This document shows positions 9,818 through 19,314 of a DNA stretch of 64,000 bases, piece by piece. A program made the position numbers and the translations under genes. The notes beneath the pieces are model-generated. The model saw only the letters and a program-made list of their open reading frames with translations. It did not search any database and had not been told where the DNA came from. The stretch lies in the NCBI GenBank assembly GCA_963810475.1, contig CAWENY010000013.1:76816-140815 (forward strand), read 5' to 3'. Within the stretch, counting starts at the first letter, position 1. Each line of letters begins with the position of its first letter. This DNA is from an uncultured beta proteobacterium. GTDB lineage: Bacteria; Pseudomonadota; Gammaproteobacteria; Burkholderiales; SG8-39.

Positions 9818-10142
9818 TCACCTCGGGGGCCGCGTCGCGGGTGGCAAGCGCCATCTTGGCCACGACCTCGTGCGTGACGAGCTCGACGACCGGCGGGGGA
9901 TAGCCAGCTTCCTTCAAGGCCCATTTGACGCGGTTGCCGAAGCGCGCCTTCTGGTACAGGCCAGGCCGATGCTCCGCGGCATAGGCGCCGATGAGCGAAA
10001 GGATTCGCTCGAGGTTCTTCATCGCACGCTGTGCCGACTTCTCCGTCGACAGCTCGATGCCGGTCGGCGGAAAACGCTCCATCAATTCGGCGACGATCGA
10101 GTCCGCGAACTCGTCGATGGCTTTTCCCGAGAACCAGCCCAT
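9818..10142 (-). pseudogene. conserved-looking hypothetical protein (about 107 aa); stop masked by a probable 1-nt insertion
   Basis: Starts at ATG 10140..10142 ([26 protein letters not shown]...). As assembled it runs in frame into pilA. Removing one base from the G5 run at 9825..9829 gives ..ATRDAAPR* with TGA at 9818..9820. Length modulo 3 fits one extra base. Confidence 0.4.
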
Positions 10143-10196
10143 GGCGGGCAGATTATATGCGCGGGACCCGCGCACTCCCGCGCGTAGAATCCGCGC

Positions 10197-12168
10197 GTGT
10201 CGGGCAATGCGGCCGCGGACCAGTTGATTGCCGAGGGCAACCGCGCCGAGAGCGCCGGCGCACTGGCGCAGGCCTGCGAGTTCTATCGCCAGGCGGTGGG
10301 CAGCGCGCCACGCTATGCCAAGGCTCATCTCAACCTCGGCATCGCGCTGGAGGCGCTGGGCGACGACGCCGGCGCCGTCGGCTGCTATGAGAGCGCGCTC
10401 GCGCTCGCCCCCGCCGACCCTTACGCCAGCTATAACCTGGGCAAGCTGCTCTACGCGCGGGCCGAGCTGCCGCGCGCACGGCAGCTGCTCGAGCAGGCGC
10501 TGCGCAGCCGGCCGGACTTCCCCGAAGCGCGCATCGTGCTCGGGTACGCGCTGCAGGCGCAGGGCGAACTAGCGGCGGCAGCCGCGCAGCTGCAAACCGC
10601 CCTGCCGCAGCGGCCCGGGGACTTCGTCGCGCGCGCTGCGCTGTTCCATATCCTCGAGGCGCAAGGCGACTTCGCCGCCGCCGCCGCCCAGCTCGAGACG
10701 GTGCTGCGCGACAAGCCCGACTGGACCGAGGCGCTGTACAACTACGGCCGGACCCTGATGCGCCTGGAGCGCGACGCCGAGGCGGAAACGGCGCTGCGCC
10801 GCGTGCTCGCCCTCGACCCCGGGTTCACCCTTGCCTACCGCATGCTCGGCAACCTGCTGCACCGGCAGGGCCGCGTCAACGAGATACTCGAGCTCTGCGC
10901 CGGCGCGCTCGAGCGCGACCCTGCCCAACTCGAGATCGCGTCCTTCGAGCTCTTCATGCTCAACTTCAGCGACACGATCTCCGCCGAGGCGCTGTTCGAG
11001 CGCCACCGCGCCTTCGGCGAGCGGCTGGAGCGCGCGCGGCCCCCGGCCTTTGCCTTCGCGCGTGCCACCGATGCCGAGCGCCGGCTGCGCATCGGCTACG
11101 TCTCGGGCGACTTGCACTCGCACCCGGTCGCGCTGTTCCTGCAGCCGCTCCTCGAGCGTCACGACCGCGCCGGCTTCGAGATCTGCTGCTATAGCACCAG
11201 CACCCGGGCTGACGACTTCACACGCCATCGTGGCGGCGCACGCCGACCTGTGGCGCGACGCCGCCAGCGCCTCCGAAGCGCAGCTCGCGGAAACGATTCA
11301 TGCCGACCGCGTCGACATCCTGGTCGACCTCTCCGGCCATTCGGGCATCGCGCGGCTCGGCGCATTCGCGCTGCGCCCTGCGCCGGTGCAGGCGGCATGG
11401 CTCGGCTATCTCAATACTACCGGCCTGACGCGCATCGCCTACCGCATCACCGACGCGGTCAGCGACCCGCCCGGGGCCGAGCGGCTGCATACCGAGAAGC
11501 TGCGGCCGCTGCCGCACAGCCAGTGGTGCTACCGGCCCTTCGTGCAGGCCCCGGCGGCCCCCACACCGCCTTGCCTGCGCGACCGGCGCGTCACCTTCGG
11601 TTCGTTCACGCAGATCGCCAAGCTGTCGGCGGCCACCCTCGGGCTGTGGGCGAATATCTTTCGTCAGCTCCCTGACGCGCGCCTCGCGGTGCTGGGCGTG
11701 GCGCCCGGCCAGGCGCGCGATGAGGTGCTGCGCCGCCTCGCCGCCGTCGGCATCGCCGCCAGCCGCGTGACCGTGGCGCCTTTCGTCCCGCTGCGCGAGT
11801 ACTACGAGTGGTTCGCGCGCGTGGACATCGCCCTCGACAGCACCCCCTACAGCGGCGGCACCACGACCTGCGACGCACTGTGGATGGGCGTGCCTGTAGT
11901 CACCCTCGCCGGCTCGCGACCGACCTCGCGCAGCGCCGCCAGCATCCTGACCACGGTCGGGCTCGCCGACTGGATCGCGTCGAGCCCAGACGAGTATGTG
12001 CAGCGTGCCGTTGACGCTTCGAGAAACCCCGCGCTGCTCGCCGAGCTGCGCTCCACGCTACGCTCGAAGATGCAGGCGAGCCCGCTGATGGACGAGGCGC
12101 GCTTCACGAAGGATATGGAGAACCTCTACCGCCAGATGTGGCGCGCGTGGTGCGCGGGTCACGGCTGA
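10197..12168 (+). pseudogene. TPR-repeat / GT41 (O-GlcNAc transferase, SPINDLY-like) protein, one frameshift as assembled
   Basis: The N-terminal TPRs are in ORF 10197..11675. The catalytic part (..ADRVDILVDLSGHSGIARLGAFALRPAPVQAAWLGYLNTTG..TPYSGGTTTCDALWMGVPVVTL..) is in ORF 10831..12168. The junction is near 11219-11223. Length is 3n+1. Confidence 0.75.
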
Positions 12169-14156
12169 TCGTCCGGCAGAGGCTCGACCGAAAACCCGCG
12201 CGGCGGCTCTCCGCGCTGCGACGTTTCCCACATCGCGAGGTACGCAGCTTCTAGGTGACGCCGGAAGCGCTCGAGGTCGAAGAGCGGCGTTGTGGAACGG
12301 TTGCGCTCCAGCCTGGCGCGGATATCGGCGAGCCGGCCTGGGTCTCGCGCGAGCTCGAGCGCGAGCGTCTCATACTCGTGCAAGCTGCGCGTGACGAGCT
12401 CGGGCAGGTCCACGGCGCGCAGCAGGCTGCCAGCGACCCTGCCGGCGAAGGTATTGCCGACGCAGGTCAGCACCGGCAAGCCGGCCCAGAGCGCGTCGCT
12501 CGCGGTCGTGTGGGCGTTATAGGGCAGCGTATCGAGGAACAGGTCCGCCAGGCGATGGCGCGCCAGGTGCTCGGCGGGCGCGACGCGGGCAGCGAACACC
12601 AGCCTTGCCGCATCCACCCCGGCCGCCTGCGCGGCCTGCTGCAAGTGCCGCTTCGCTTCGGCGCTGTCTTCCAGCAGCCACAGCGCGCTTTGCGGAATCT
12701 CGCGCAGCAGCTTCATCCATGCCGCAAACACCGGCGGCATGATCTTGTAGCTGTTGTTGAAGCAGCAGAACACGAACCCGTCTCGCGGCAATCCGGCCCG
12801 CGCTCGGCTCGGCGTCCGCTCGGCGACGCCGCGTGCCGCATCGTTCACCTGATAGCAGTCGGGCAGATACACCACCTGCTCGGTGTAGTGAAGCCGATCT
12901 TCCGCCGGCAGCACGCAGCGGTCGGCGACGATGTAGTCGATGAACGGCGCGGCCATGGTTCCCGGAAAGCCGAGATAGCTCACCTGCACCGGCGCCGGGC
13001 GATACGAGAGGATTTCCGGCCGCGCGCCGGTGGTGTAGCCCTTCAGGTCGATGGCGACGTCGACCTCCATCTCATGCAGCAGGTGCGCGGTTTCCTCGTC
13101 GCCGCGCGACCGCACGTCGACGAATCGATCGAAGGCGCGCATCAGCCGCTGCCGCATCGGGCTGTGATCGTCGGGCCCATAGGAGACGCCGATGACCTCG
13201 AACCTCGAGCGATCGTGCCGCTCAAACAGCCCGGCAGCGAGGTAGGCGGTCGCATGCTCGCTGTAATCGGCCGACAGGTAGGCGAGCCGAACCCGGTCGT
13301 GGCGGTACCGCGATCCTTGCCAAAGAGGCGGGCGCTGCGGCAGCTTCTCGCGCACGTGCCGTTGCGCGCACAGCCGCTGTTCCTCGGGCGAGGGTGACAC
13401 GGCAACGAGAACGAAAGGCTCGGCGGGGATCTCGCCGCGCCGCACCTGGGAGCGCAACGCATCGACGTGCGGCGTCAATCCTTCCCATTTGCAGATCGCG
13501 AGCTCGTTCCAGACCAGGCTGCTCAGCGTATACGCCGCCCGCGGCGCAAGGCGCAGCGCCGCTTCCAGGCTCGTCGCCGCCTGCTCGTGGCGCTTGAGTT
13601 TCTGCAGTAGCATTCCGAGGTTGTGGCGCGCGTCGGCGAGGCCCGGGTTCGCGTCGATGACTTTCTGGAGGTAGGGCAACGCCTCCTCGTTGCGTCCGAG
13701 CTCGCCGAGTACGTTCGCTACGTTGTTGTTCGCCGTGGCGGAGCGCGGATCGAGCCTGGCGGCTTCGAGAAACACCGCCAGGGCATCGTGCGGCCTACCC
13801 TGGTTGATGAGCGCGACGCCCAGCGTGTTGTGCGCGTCGACCAAGTCCGGGTAGGCGGCGATTTCGCGCCGCAGCAGCTGCTCAGCCGACTTGAAGTCGC
13901 CGAGGGCGAGATGGCAGTACCCGAGGCGGTGACCAGCGCCCCTGCGCGGCGCGCGTTGCACCACCTCGCTCAACGGCGCCAGCGCCTCGCCGAACCGGTC
14001 CTGGAAAAGCAGGCTCGATCCGAGCAGGTACAACGATTCGACGTCGCGGGGATCGTCCCGCAGCGCGGCGTGCGCGATTTCCTCCGCCGCATGCAGATCG
14101 TCGCGCTCGATGGCTTGCCAGCCCTCGGCCAGGCGTGGCGGCGGATTCGCTTGCAC
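12159..14156 (-). CDS. TPR-repeat / GT41 (OGT-like) glycosyltransferase, intact
   Basis: 665-aa ORF with a GTG start. TPRs are followed by ..VDVAIDLKGYTTGARPEILSYRPAPVQVSYLGFPGTM..LPYNAHTTASDALWAGLPVLT... It begins 18 nt after the HD-GYP gene stop. Confidence 0.8.
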   Translation of the reverse strand: MQANPPPRLAEGWQAIERDDLHAAEEIAHAALRDDPRDVESLYLLGSSLLFQDRFGEALAPLSEVVQRAPRRGAGHRLGYCHLALGDFKSAEQLLRREIAAYPDLVDAHNTLGVALINQGRPHDALAVFLEAARLDPRSATANNNVANVLGELGRNEEALPYLQKVIDANPGLADARHNLGMLLQKLKRHEQAATSLEAALRLAPRAAYTLSSLVWNELAICKWEGLTPHVDALRSQVRRGEIPAEPFVLVAVSPSPEEQRLCAQRHVREKLPQRPPLWQGSRYRHDRVRLAYLSADYSEHATAYLAAGLFERHDRSRFEVIGVSYGPDDHSPMRQRLMRAFDRFVDVRSRGDEETAHLLHEMEVDVAIDLKGYTTGARPEILSYRPAPVQVSYLGFPGTMAAPFIDYIVADRCVLPAEDRLHYTEQVVYLPDCYQVNDAARGVAERTPSRARAGLPRDGFVFCCFNNSYKIMPPVFAAWMKLLREIPQSALWLLEDSAEAKRHLQQAAQAAGVDAARLVFAARVAPAEHLARHRLADLFLDTLPYNAHTTASDALWAGLPVLTCVGNTFAGRVAGSLLRAVDLPELVTRSLHEYETLALELARDPGRLADIRARLERNRSTTPLFDLERFRRHLEAAYLAMWETSQRGEPPRGFSVEPLPDDQP

Positions 14157-14174
14157 CTGCGGGACGGCGGATGG

Positions 14175-15803
14175 TTAAGGCTGGTAGCCGGGGATGCGCG
14201 CCTCGTCGACCTGGTCGATCTGCTCGGGATCGAGGAACATCTCGGCGTAGCGCCGGTAGACCTTGCGCCGCACGAAGATATCGAACAGGTCCGGGTCGAC
14301 GTGGTTGTTCAGGCGCATGCGGCCGAGGATCTCGAGCGATTCGGACAGCGTCTTACCCTTCTTGTAGGGCCGGTCCTTGGCGGTGAGCGCCTCGAAGATG
14401 TCGGCGATGCCCATGCAGCGGGCCTGCACCGACATCTGTTCGCGCTTCAGGCCCTTCGGGTAGCCCTTGCCGTCCATGCGCTCGTGGTGGCCGCCGGCGT
14501 ACTCGGGCACCTTGGTCAGGTGCTTGGGCCAGGGTAAAGCCTCGAGCATCTTGATGGTGGCGACGATGTGGTGGTTGATCACCTTGCGCTCCTCGTCGGT
14601 GAGGGTGCCGGCGCGGATGGTGAGGTTCGTCACCTCGTCTTCGCTCAGGAAGTTGGCCTCGTGCCCGGCCATGTCGCGCCAGCGGTAGGCGGCTATGCGC
14701 TTCACGCGCGCCACGTCCTCGTCGCGCATGCGCTCGCTGCCGATGTTGCAGGCGTGCAGGAAGCGGCGGTCGTCGTCCAGCGCGCGCAGGCGGTTTCGCA
14801 GCTGCTGCGGATCCAGGTTTCCCCGCAGGCTTTCCAGTTCGAGGTCCCGTTTCAGGATCTCGAAGCGCGTGTCGATCAGGTGGATGCGGTCGTAGATGGT
14901 CTCGAGCTTGGTCGCCTTGTCGACGACGTGAACCGGGGTGGTGACCTTGCCGCAATCGTGCAGCAGGCCGGCGATCTTCAGCTCGTAGCGGTCCTTCTCA
15001 CTCATGTGGAAGTCGGCGAGCGGGCCCTCGCGCGTATCGTTTACCGCCTCCGCCAGCATCATGGTGAGCTGCGGCACGCGCTGGCAGTGGCCACCGGTGT
15101 AGGGCGACTTCTCGTCGATCGCCGAGTTGATCAGGTTGATGAACGACTCGAACAGCTGTTCGAGCTGGTTGATCAGCATGCGGTTGGTGAGCGCGATCGC
15201 CGCCTGCGAGGCGAGCGACTCGGCCAGGCGCTGGTCGGAGTCCGAGAAGGCGGCGATCTCGCCGGTCTTCGGGTCGCGCGCATTGATCAGCTGCAGCACG
15301 CCGATCGCCTCGTGCTCGTGGTCGCGCATCGGCACGGTGAGGAATGATTTGGAGCGGTAGCCGGTCTTCGAGTCGAACGCGCGCGTGCCCGAGAAGTCGA
15401 AGCCGTCGGCGGTGTAGGCGTCAGCGATGTTCACGGTCTTGCCGGTGAGGGCGGCGTGCGCCGCGACCATGCTGTGATTCGGCTTGCCGTCCTTGTAGAG
15501 CTGGATCGGGTAGAACGGCACCGGGTTGCCGCTGGTGCCGCCGAGGTAATACTTGAGCGAGGTGGTGCGCACGATCTCGAAGCGCAGCGTCTTGTCCTCG
15601 GCCAGGCGGTACAGGGTGCCGCCGTCGGCGCCGGTAATGGTCTTGGCCGCGGCGAGGATCGACTCGAGCAGGCGGTTGATGTCGCGCTCGGCGGAGAGGG
15701 AGGCGCCGATCGCATTCAATTGCTCCAGCCGCAGCCCGAGATCGTCCGGGGCGGCCAGCGCGCCGAGGCGCAGGTGCCCGGCGCTCGTATCGTAGACGTT
15801 CAC
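14175..15803 (-). CDS. GAF domain / HD-GYP domain phosphohydrolase (putative c-di-GMP phosphodiesterase)
   Basis: N-terminal GAF-like region, then LLHDCGKV ... GGHHERMDGKGYPKGL. About 157 residues separate HD and HHE, which is an unusually long insert. The GTG start at 15801..15803 overlaps the upstream stop as GTGA. Confidence 0.8.
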   Translation of the reverse strand: MNVYDTSAGHLRLGALAAPDDLGLRLEQLNAIGASLSAERDINRLLESILAAAKTITGADGGTLYRLAEDKTLRFEIVRTTSLKYYLGGTSGNPVPFYPIQLYKDGKPNHSMVAAHAALTGKTVNIADAYTADGFDFSGTRAFDSKTGYRSKSFLTVPMRDHEHEAIGVLQLINARDPKTGEIAAFSDSDQRLAESLASQAAIALTNRMLINQLEQLFESFINLINSAIDEKSPYTGGHCQRVPQLTMMLAEAVNDTREGPLADFHMSEKDRYELKIAGLLHDCGKVTTPVHVVDKATKLETIYDRIHLIDTRFEILKRDLELESLRGNLDPQQLRNRLRALDDDRRFLHACNIGSERMRDEDVARVKRIAAYRWRDMAGHEANFLSEDEVTNLTIRAGTLTDEERKVINHHIVATIKMLEALPWPKHLTKVPEYAGGHHERMDGKGYPKGLKREQMSVQARCMGIADIFEALTAKDRPYKKGKTLSESLEILGRMRLNNHVDPDLFDIFVRRKVYRRYAEMFLDPEQIDQVDEARIPGYQP

Positions 15804-18178
15804 TTCACGCAAACGGCGCGCACCTCTTTCATGTGGGTCACCCCCATCAGGCATTTCTCCATGCCGTCCTGCTTGAGGGTCCGCATGCCTTCTTCCAGGC
15901 AAATCGCGAGCACCTCAGCCACGCGCGCGTGCTCCTGGATCGCCTTCTTCAGCCGGTCGCTCGCGATCAGCAGCTCGTGCAGGCCGCAGCGCCCCTTGAA
16001 GCCCGAGCCGCCGCACTTGTCGCAGCCGACGGTCCGGTAGAAGGTGAGCTGGCCCTTGTCGTTCCCATAGGCCTTGATCCAGTCCTTGTAGACCGCCTCC
16101 ATGGCGCCCTTGGGGTCGGCCTTGAAGCGGGAGGTCGCCATCAGCTCGTCGCAGTACTCGCGCAGGAACGCGGTGAGCTCGGCGCCGTCAGGCGCGTAGG
16201 GCTGCTTGCAGCTGCACATGCGCTTCGCCAGGCGCTGGGCCAGGATGCCGAGCAGCGCGTCGGAAAAGTTGAATGGGTCCATCCCCATGTCGAGCAGGCG
16301 GGTGATGGATTCCGGCGCCGAGTTGGTGTGCAGGGTGGCGAACACCAGGTGGCCGGTGAGCGAGGCTTCGATGCCGGTGCCGGTGGTCTCCTTGTCGCGC
16401 ATCTCGCCGACCATGATGATGTCCGGGTCGGCGCGCAGGAACGCCCTCATGATGACGGCGAAGTCGAGGCCCGCCTTCTTGTTCACCTGCACCTGGCGCA
16501 AGCCCTTCTGCGTAATCTCGACCGGGTCCTCGGCGGTCCAGATCTTGGTGTCGGGCGTGTTCAGAAACTTGAGCACCGAATGCAACGTGGTGGTCTTGCC
16601 CGAGCCGGTCGGACCGCAGACGAAGAACAGGCCATAGGGCTTGGATACCGTGGCCTTCACCTGCGCCAGGTTCTTCTCGGTGAAGCCCATCTTCTCGAGC
16701 GGGATCGGCTCGCCGGCGGCGAGAATCCGCATCACGATGTCCTCGACGCCGCCCGCGGTCGGGATGGTGGCGACGCGCAGCTCGATGTCGAGCGGGCCGA
16801 ATTTCTTGAACTTGATCTTGCCGTCCTGGGGCTTTCTCTTTTCCGAAATGTCCAGGTCGCACATGATCTTCAGGCGCGCGACGATCGCCGCCCGGTAGCT
16901 CGCCGGGATCTCGATGTAGGGCCCGAGCGAGCCGTCCTTGCGGAAGCGGATCTCGGTCTTCGCCTTGCCGGGATAGGGCTCGATGTGGATGTCCGAGGCG
17001 CCCTGGTTGTAGGCGTCGACGATCACCTTGTTCACCAGCTTCACCAGCTCGTTGTCCGCGGCCGCCGACACCTCGTCGGTCGAGATCTCGAGCGCTTCGC
17101 CCGAATCGTCGCCCATGGCGCCGAGCAGGTCCTCGACGTTGCCCAGGTCGCCGCCCGCCGGACCCGTCTCCGCGCCGTAGAACTGGTTGACCGTCTCCTT
17201 GAAATCCTTCCGCGTCGCGACCTTGTAAAGGATGCGGGCCTTCGGGAACACGTTCGAGGCGATGCGCGAGGAGCGGATGCGCTCCGGGTCCAGGCAGAGC
17301 ACGACCAGGCCATCCTTGCCTTCGTCGATCGGAATCCACTGATTGGACTCGACGTACTCGCGCTTAAGGTTCTTCAGCAGCTCCGCCGGCTTGATGCGGT
17401 CGCTTTTGAATGCCTCGTACGGCACGCCGAAGAACTTGGACAGCGCGGCGCCGATCGCCGGGATCTTGACCTGGAACTCGTCGATCAGCACCTGCTCGAT
17501 GTCGATCGCCTTCTTGCGCGCCTGGCGCGCGGCGAGCTCGAACTCGCCTGCGGAAAGCACCGCATCGGCGATCAGGTAGTCGTACTTGGTCTTCGCGACC
17601 TGCGGCTTCTGGCGCTGCTTGAAGGCGATGGCAAGGGTCTGCGACAGCTCCCCGACGCCTTCTTCGGCGAGCGCGCCGAACGGAATACCGGCCTTGTTGT
17701 TGATGATCTGGATCACGCCGATGAGCTCGTTGGAGCCGGCTTCCAGGATCGGCGCCACCAGCATCTGCTTGGTGCGATAGCCGGTGCGCTTGTCGACTTC
17801 CTGCAGGAAACGCAGGTTGCCGTTCAGCGCGCGCAGCTCGTTCTCGTCGTAGACGTCCTTGATGTTGGCGGTCTTCTTGGCGAGCGCGACGTAGCCGGCG
17901 ATCGAATGCTCGGCGATCGGCAGCTTGAGGTCCTTGAACGAATTGAGGCCGGTCTTGACCTTGGAGACGATCGACTGCCGGTCCTCGCCCATGGAGTAGA
18001 TCGTGAGCCGGTCGGCGTTGAACAGCGCGCAGACATCCGCGCTTACCTCCAACATGATTTCGTCGATGTTGTTGGTGGCGTGGATCTTGTTGGTGACCGC
18101 CTGCAGCTGCTTCTGGAACGCGAGGCGCGCGCCAACATCGGTCTGCGCCGGCGACTGCTGGCTCAGGACAGCACTCAT
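15800..18178 (-). CDS. GAF - T2SSE_N - GspE/PilB-family secretion ATPase
   Basis: Intact 792-aa ORF. It has an N-terminal GAF-like domain (residues about 30-185) and Walker A GPTGSGKTTTLH. It also has Asp/His boxes and the tetracysteine CDKCGGSGFKGRCGLHE. Confidence 0.9.
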   Translation of the reverse strand: MSAVLSQQSPAQTDVGARLAFQKQLQAVTNKIHATNNIDEIMLEVSADVCALFNADRLTIYSMGEDRQSIVSKVKTGLNSFKDLKLPIAEHSIAGYVALAKKTANIKDVYDENELRALNGNLRFLQEVDKRTGYRTKQMLVAPILEAGSNELIGVIQIINNKAGIPFGALAEEGVGELSQTLAIAFKQRQKPQVAKTKYDYLIADAVLSAGEFELAARQARKKAIDIEQVLIDEFQVKIPAIGAALSKFFGVPYEAFKSDRIKPAELLKNLKREYVESNQWIPIDEGKDGLVVLCLDPERIRSSRIASNVFPKARILYKVATRKDFKETVNQFYGAETGPAGGDLGNVEDLLGAMGDDSGEALEISTDEVSAAADNELVKLVNKVIVDAYNQGASDIHIEPYPGKAKTEIRFRKDGSLGPYIEIPASYRAAIVARLKIMCDLDISEKRKPQDGKIKFKKFGPLDIELRVATIPTAGGVEDIVMRILAAGEPIPLEKMGFTEKNLAQVKATVSKPYGLFFVCGPTGSGKTTTLHSVLKFLNTPDTKIWTAEDPVEITQKGLRQVQVNKKAGLDFAVIMRAFLRADPDIIMVGEMRDKETTGTGIEASLTGHLVFATLHTNSAPESITRLLDMGMDPFNFSDALLGILAQRLAKRMCSCKQPYAPDGAELTAFLREYCDELMATSRFKADPKGAMEAVYKDWIKAYGNDKGQLTFYRTVGCDKCGGSGFKGRCGLHELLIASDRLKKAIQEHARVAEVLAICLEEGMRTLKQDGMEKCLMGVTHMKEVRAVCVK

Positions 18179-18245
18179 CTCCCAACCCTCCCTGCTTTAC
18201 TGCTTATGACTAGACTTCACATGTTAAGCCTAGGCACCCTGATTT

Positions 18246-19314
18246 TCAACGAATTTCCGGTCTCTCCACAGCTTTTAACCCGCCCTCCAGCAACCGCACT
18301 TTGAAGCCGCGCTGCGCGAACAGAAAAGCCGCCGCCGCGCTGCGCCGGCCGCTCTGGCAGTAGGCAATGTAATCCTTACTACGGTCGAGCACCGCGAACA
18401 TGTTCCTCACTTCGGCGAGCGGCACGTTGATGGCGCCGGGAAGCTTGTCGTACTGGTACTCCGAGGGATAGCGCACGTCGAGCCACAGCGCGCCGCGGCG
18501 CACTTGCTCGGCGGCGTCGCCATAGTCGAGGCGCCGCAGCAGCGGCTCGCGCAGCATCTCGTTGAAGTTGCTGCGATTGAGGCGCAGCAAGTAGCCGCCG
18601 ACGAGCGCGGTGACGCTCGCGTTGCGCTTCGCTTCCGACACCAGTGCTTCCTCGCCGAATGCGTCGCCGCTCTTCAGCTCGGCGAGCACCACTTCCGCGC
18701 CGCCCACCATGCGCCCGACCTGGAAGCGCCCGGACTCGATCACGTAATAGAAGTCGCCTTCGTCGCCTTCGCGGATCACGGTTTCACCGCGCGCAACGTT
18801 TACCCGCTCGAAGCGCCGCAGCAGCTCGTCGATACGGGCCGCCGGGAGCTGGGCAAAGATGCCGGCGCGCAGGCTGCCGAGCGAGAACGGGCCGTTCGAG
18901 CGCAGCGGATCGCCGCGCAGGCGCGCGATGGTCCCTTCCGGATCGGCCGCGGCCACCTGGTCCCAGGTGGCGAGAACGTCGAGCAGGTCGTCGTCGATGA
19001 CCAGCAGCTCGACGTCGGTGATCGCCTTGGCGCGCGCCAGCTTTTCCTTGCGCCGGTTGAGCGCCTGCCGCGTCTCTTCGCTACCGCCCACGACCACCAG
19101 CGTGCCGCCGCCCTGCAAGCTCAGCAGCACCTCGCCGGCGAGGAGGAACACCGAGTGTCCGCCGTGCAGGCGGCCGGCGAGCGGGTCGCTGCCGCGCGGC
19201 GCACGCTCGGTCTGCGAAACCTCAGACAGCTCGGCGAGGCGCTCGGCCGACAACCCGGCCAGGGGCGCGAGCGCGGCGAGCTGGGTGGGCGTGGTTTTCA
19301 GAATTCCAGGACAA
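18246..19314 (-). CDS. tandem cyclic-nucleotide-binding domains + C-terminal rhodanese domain protein (start uncertain)
   Basis: cNMP motif GDFYYVIESG..GDAFGEEAL..RNASV. The rhodanese part is ..WLDVRYPSEYQYDKLPGAINVP..YCQSGRRS... There is no ATG/GTG in frame near the 5' end. I propose TTG 19312..19314 plus a 1-nt insertion in T4 19295..19298 (length 3n+1). Confidence 0.6.

Noticed and set aside
10159-10173. 15-bp perfect palindrome GCGCGGGACCCGCGC in the 55-bp divergent region between 10142 and 10197.
   Set aside because: GC-only palindromes of this size are common by chance in DNA of this composition. I saw no second copy and it matches no known motif.
9174-10328. 384-aa protein with a pilin domain at its C-terminus.
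   Set aside because: A prepilin leader must be N-terminal. A sigma-54 promoter, a Shine-Dalgarno sequence and an ATG precede the pilin part. The missing stop is explained by one extra G at 9825..9829.
17510-17587. MshEN-type c-di-GMP binding motif (RLGxxLLxxGLIxxxxLxxALxxQ) in the N-domain of the GspE-like ATPase.
   Set aside because: The candidate stretch KYDYLIADAVLSAGEFELAARQARKK matches only the hydrophobic spacing. The conserved Arg, the Gly residues and the final Gln are missing or displaced. I cannot claim c-di-GMP binding from the sequence.
15833-18304. Very long antisense ORFs. Examples: 823 aa at 15833..18304, 961 aa at 35923..38808, 686 aa at 19322..21382, 434 aa at 7806..9110, 516 aa at 38445..39995.
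   Set aside because: Each lies exactly opposite a gene with unmistakable family motifs (GspE ATPase, FdsA, cyclase, GT2, FdsB). Their translations are Arg/Ala/Gly/Pro-rich low-complexity sequence. This is typical of stop-poor shadow frames in GC-rich DNA.
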